Assembly (NCBI GenBank): GCA_963833095.1
Contig: CAWHWQ010000004.1
Location: 64,001-128,000 of the forward strand
Direction: 5' to 3'
DNA length: 64,000 nucleotides
Source: Vulcanimicrobiota bacterium
GTDB lineage: Bacteria; Vulcanimicrobiota; Vulcanimicrobiia; Vulcanimicrobiales; Vulcanimicrobiaceae
The translations under genes were made by a program, and so were the position numbers. The notes under the pieces were generated by a model. It saw only the letters and a program-made list of their open reading frames with translations. It searched no databases and had not been told where the DNA came from. How positions within the stretch are numbered: the stretch's first letter is position 1; each line of letters begins with the position of its first letter. This document shows positions 62,801-64,000 of this stretch, piece by piece.

Positions 62801-64000
62801 TTGCAGAAATTCTGCGCGGCTGGCTCGAATCGAGCGGCCCGGTGACCGTCGACGAACTCGCCGAGCGCTTCGGCGTCGAGCCGCCAACGATCGACGCCGC
62901 GCTGATTCGGCTCGAGACCGAAGGCCAAGCTGCTGCGCGGCCGTTTCCGCGGCGGCGACGACCGAAGAATGGTGCAACCGCCGCGTCCTCGCGCGCATCC
63001 ATCGCCTCACGCTCGGCACGCTGCGGCGCGAGATCGAGCCGGTCACCACCGCCGAATACGTGCGCTTTCTGCATCGCTGGCAGCACGTCGCGCCGGCATC
63101 GCGCCTGCACGGCATCGACGGCACGCTGCAGGTCATCCGCCAGCTCGAAGGCTACGAAATTCCCGCCGCGGCGTGGGAGACGGCGATTCTGCCGGCACGC
63201 GTCGCCGGATACCAGCCGCGAGTATCTCGATCAGTTGTGCTATTCGGGCGAAGTGATGTGGGGACGGCTCTCGCCGCATCCGGCGCTGGCGCCGGCGACC
63301 GACGAACGCCAGCCGCCGCATTCGTCCGACGAAGCTCGCGCCGATCTCGCTGTTTGCGCGCGAAAACGCCGACGACGCTGATCGTCGCGCAACGACGAGG
63401 CGAGACGGCTGGCTCTCTCATGCCGCGGCGTGCGACGTGCTCGAGGAGATCGCCGGCGCGGCGCGCCGTTCTTCAGCCGACATCGTGCGCGGCACGAAAC
63501 GCCTGCCAGCCGAAGTCGAGGAAGCGCTGTGGCAACTCGTCGCCGCCGGGCTCGTCACCGCCGACGGCTTCGACGCGCTGCGCTCGCTCACCGACGCAAA
63601 GCGCCGCCTCGGCGAAAAGGGACTGCGCGCGCGGCCGCGCTCGTCGGGCGGCCGCTGGACGCTGCTCGCAGTCCGCGACGCGAGCGCATCGATGCGGATG
63701 CGTTCGCGCGGCGGTTGCTCGACGCGCTGGGGCGTCGTTTTCCGCGACGTCGTCGCGCGCGAAACGCTCGCGCCGCCGTGGCGCGAGCATGCTCGTTGCG
63801 CTGCGCCGCATGGAGGCGCGCGGCGAAATTCGCGGCGGCCGCTTCGTCGCATGGATTCGTCGGCGAACAGTTCGCGCTGCCCGACGCGATCGAAGCGCTG
63901 CGCGCCGCGCGCCGAAGCAACGACGACACCGCTCTTAGCGAGGTCAGCGCCTACGACCCGCTGCATCTGACCGGCATTGTGCTTCCTGGCTCGCGAACGG
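59889..64000 (+). CDS. lhr: Lhr-family DEAD/DEAH helicase; frameshifted, runs off the window
   Basis: [58 protein letters not shown]. Confidence 0.88.

Overview
GC-rich bacterial chromosomal window, mostly core metabolism. The Pro/Ser/Thr-rich lipoproteins and overall gene content suggest a soil or peat lineage such as Eremiobacterota, but that is inference only. Contents in order: a molybdopterin/queG operon (moaA, queG, moeB-rhodanese, moaE, moaD); an uncharacterised ATP-grasp-like ligase; phoU; hbd/crt/thiolase; a DUF2249-Crp/Fnr fusion; ada; recG-M16-HAD-rsmD-coaD; six tRNAs; a phosphate-scavenging cluster (Omp85-like protein, histidine acid phosphatase, phospholipase C/AcpA-like enzyme, pstSCA without pstB); thrS, tsaD and glpKD; a general-stress cluster; an arg cluster (argFRGHCJD with divergent argB); and an Lhr helicase. 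Several blocks (about 2.7-5.3, 6.6-7.8, 20.7-25.3, 51.2-58.7 and 59.9-64 kb) are full of 1-nt indels that look like long-read consensus errors, so gene ends there are approximate. No transposase, integrase, CRISPR array or prophage gene was seen. The most unusual signals are non-coding: (i) a 72-bp tandem array after tRNA-Val(GAC) whose units end in a microhelix plus ACCA; (ii) a conserved, covarying GGA-loop hairpin leader placed directly before two different tRNAs; (iii) a (T)GTCAYCCYGAG palindromic repeat family that forms inverted pairs, nested copies and tandem mosaics and is also read as protein; (iv) a 19-bp divergent argF/argB control region; and (v) a recurrent GGGTAY-N9-ATG motif before stress-type genes.
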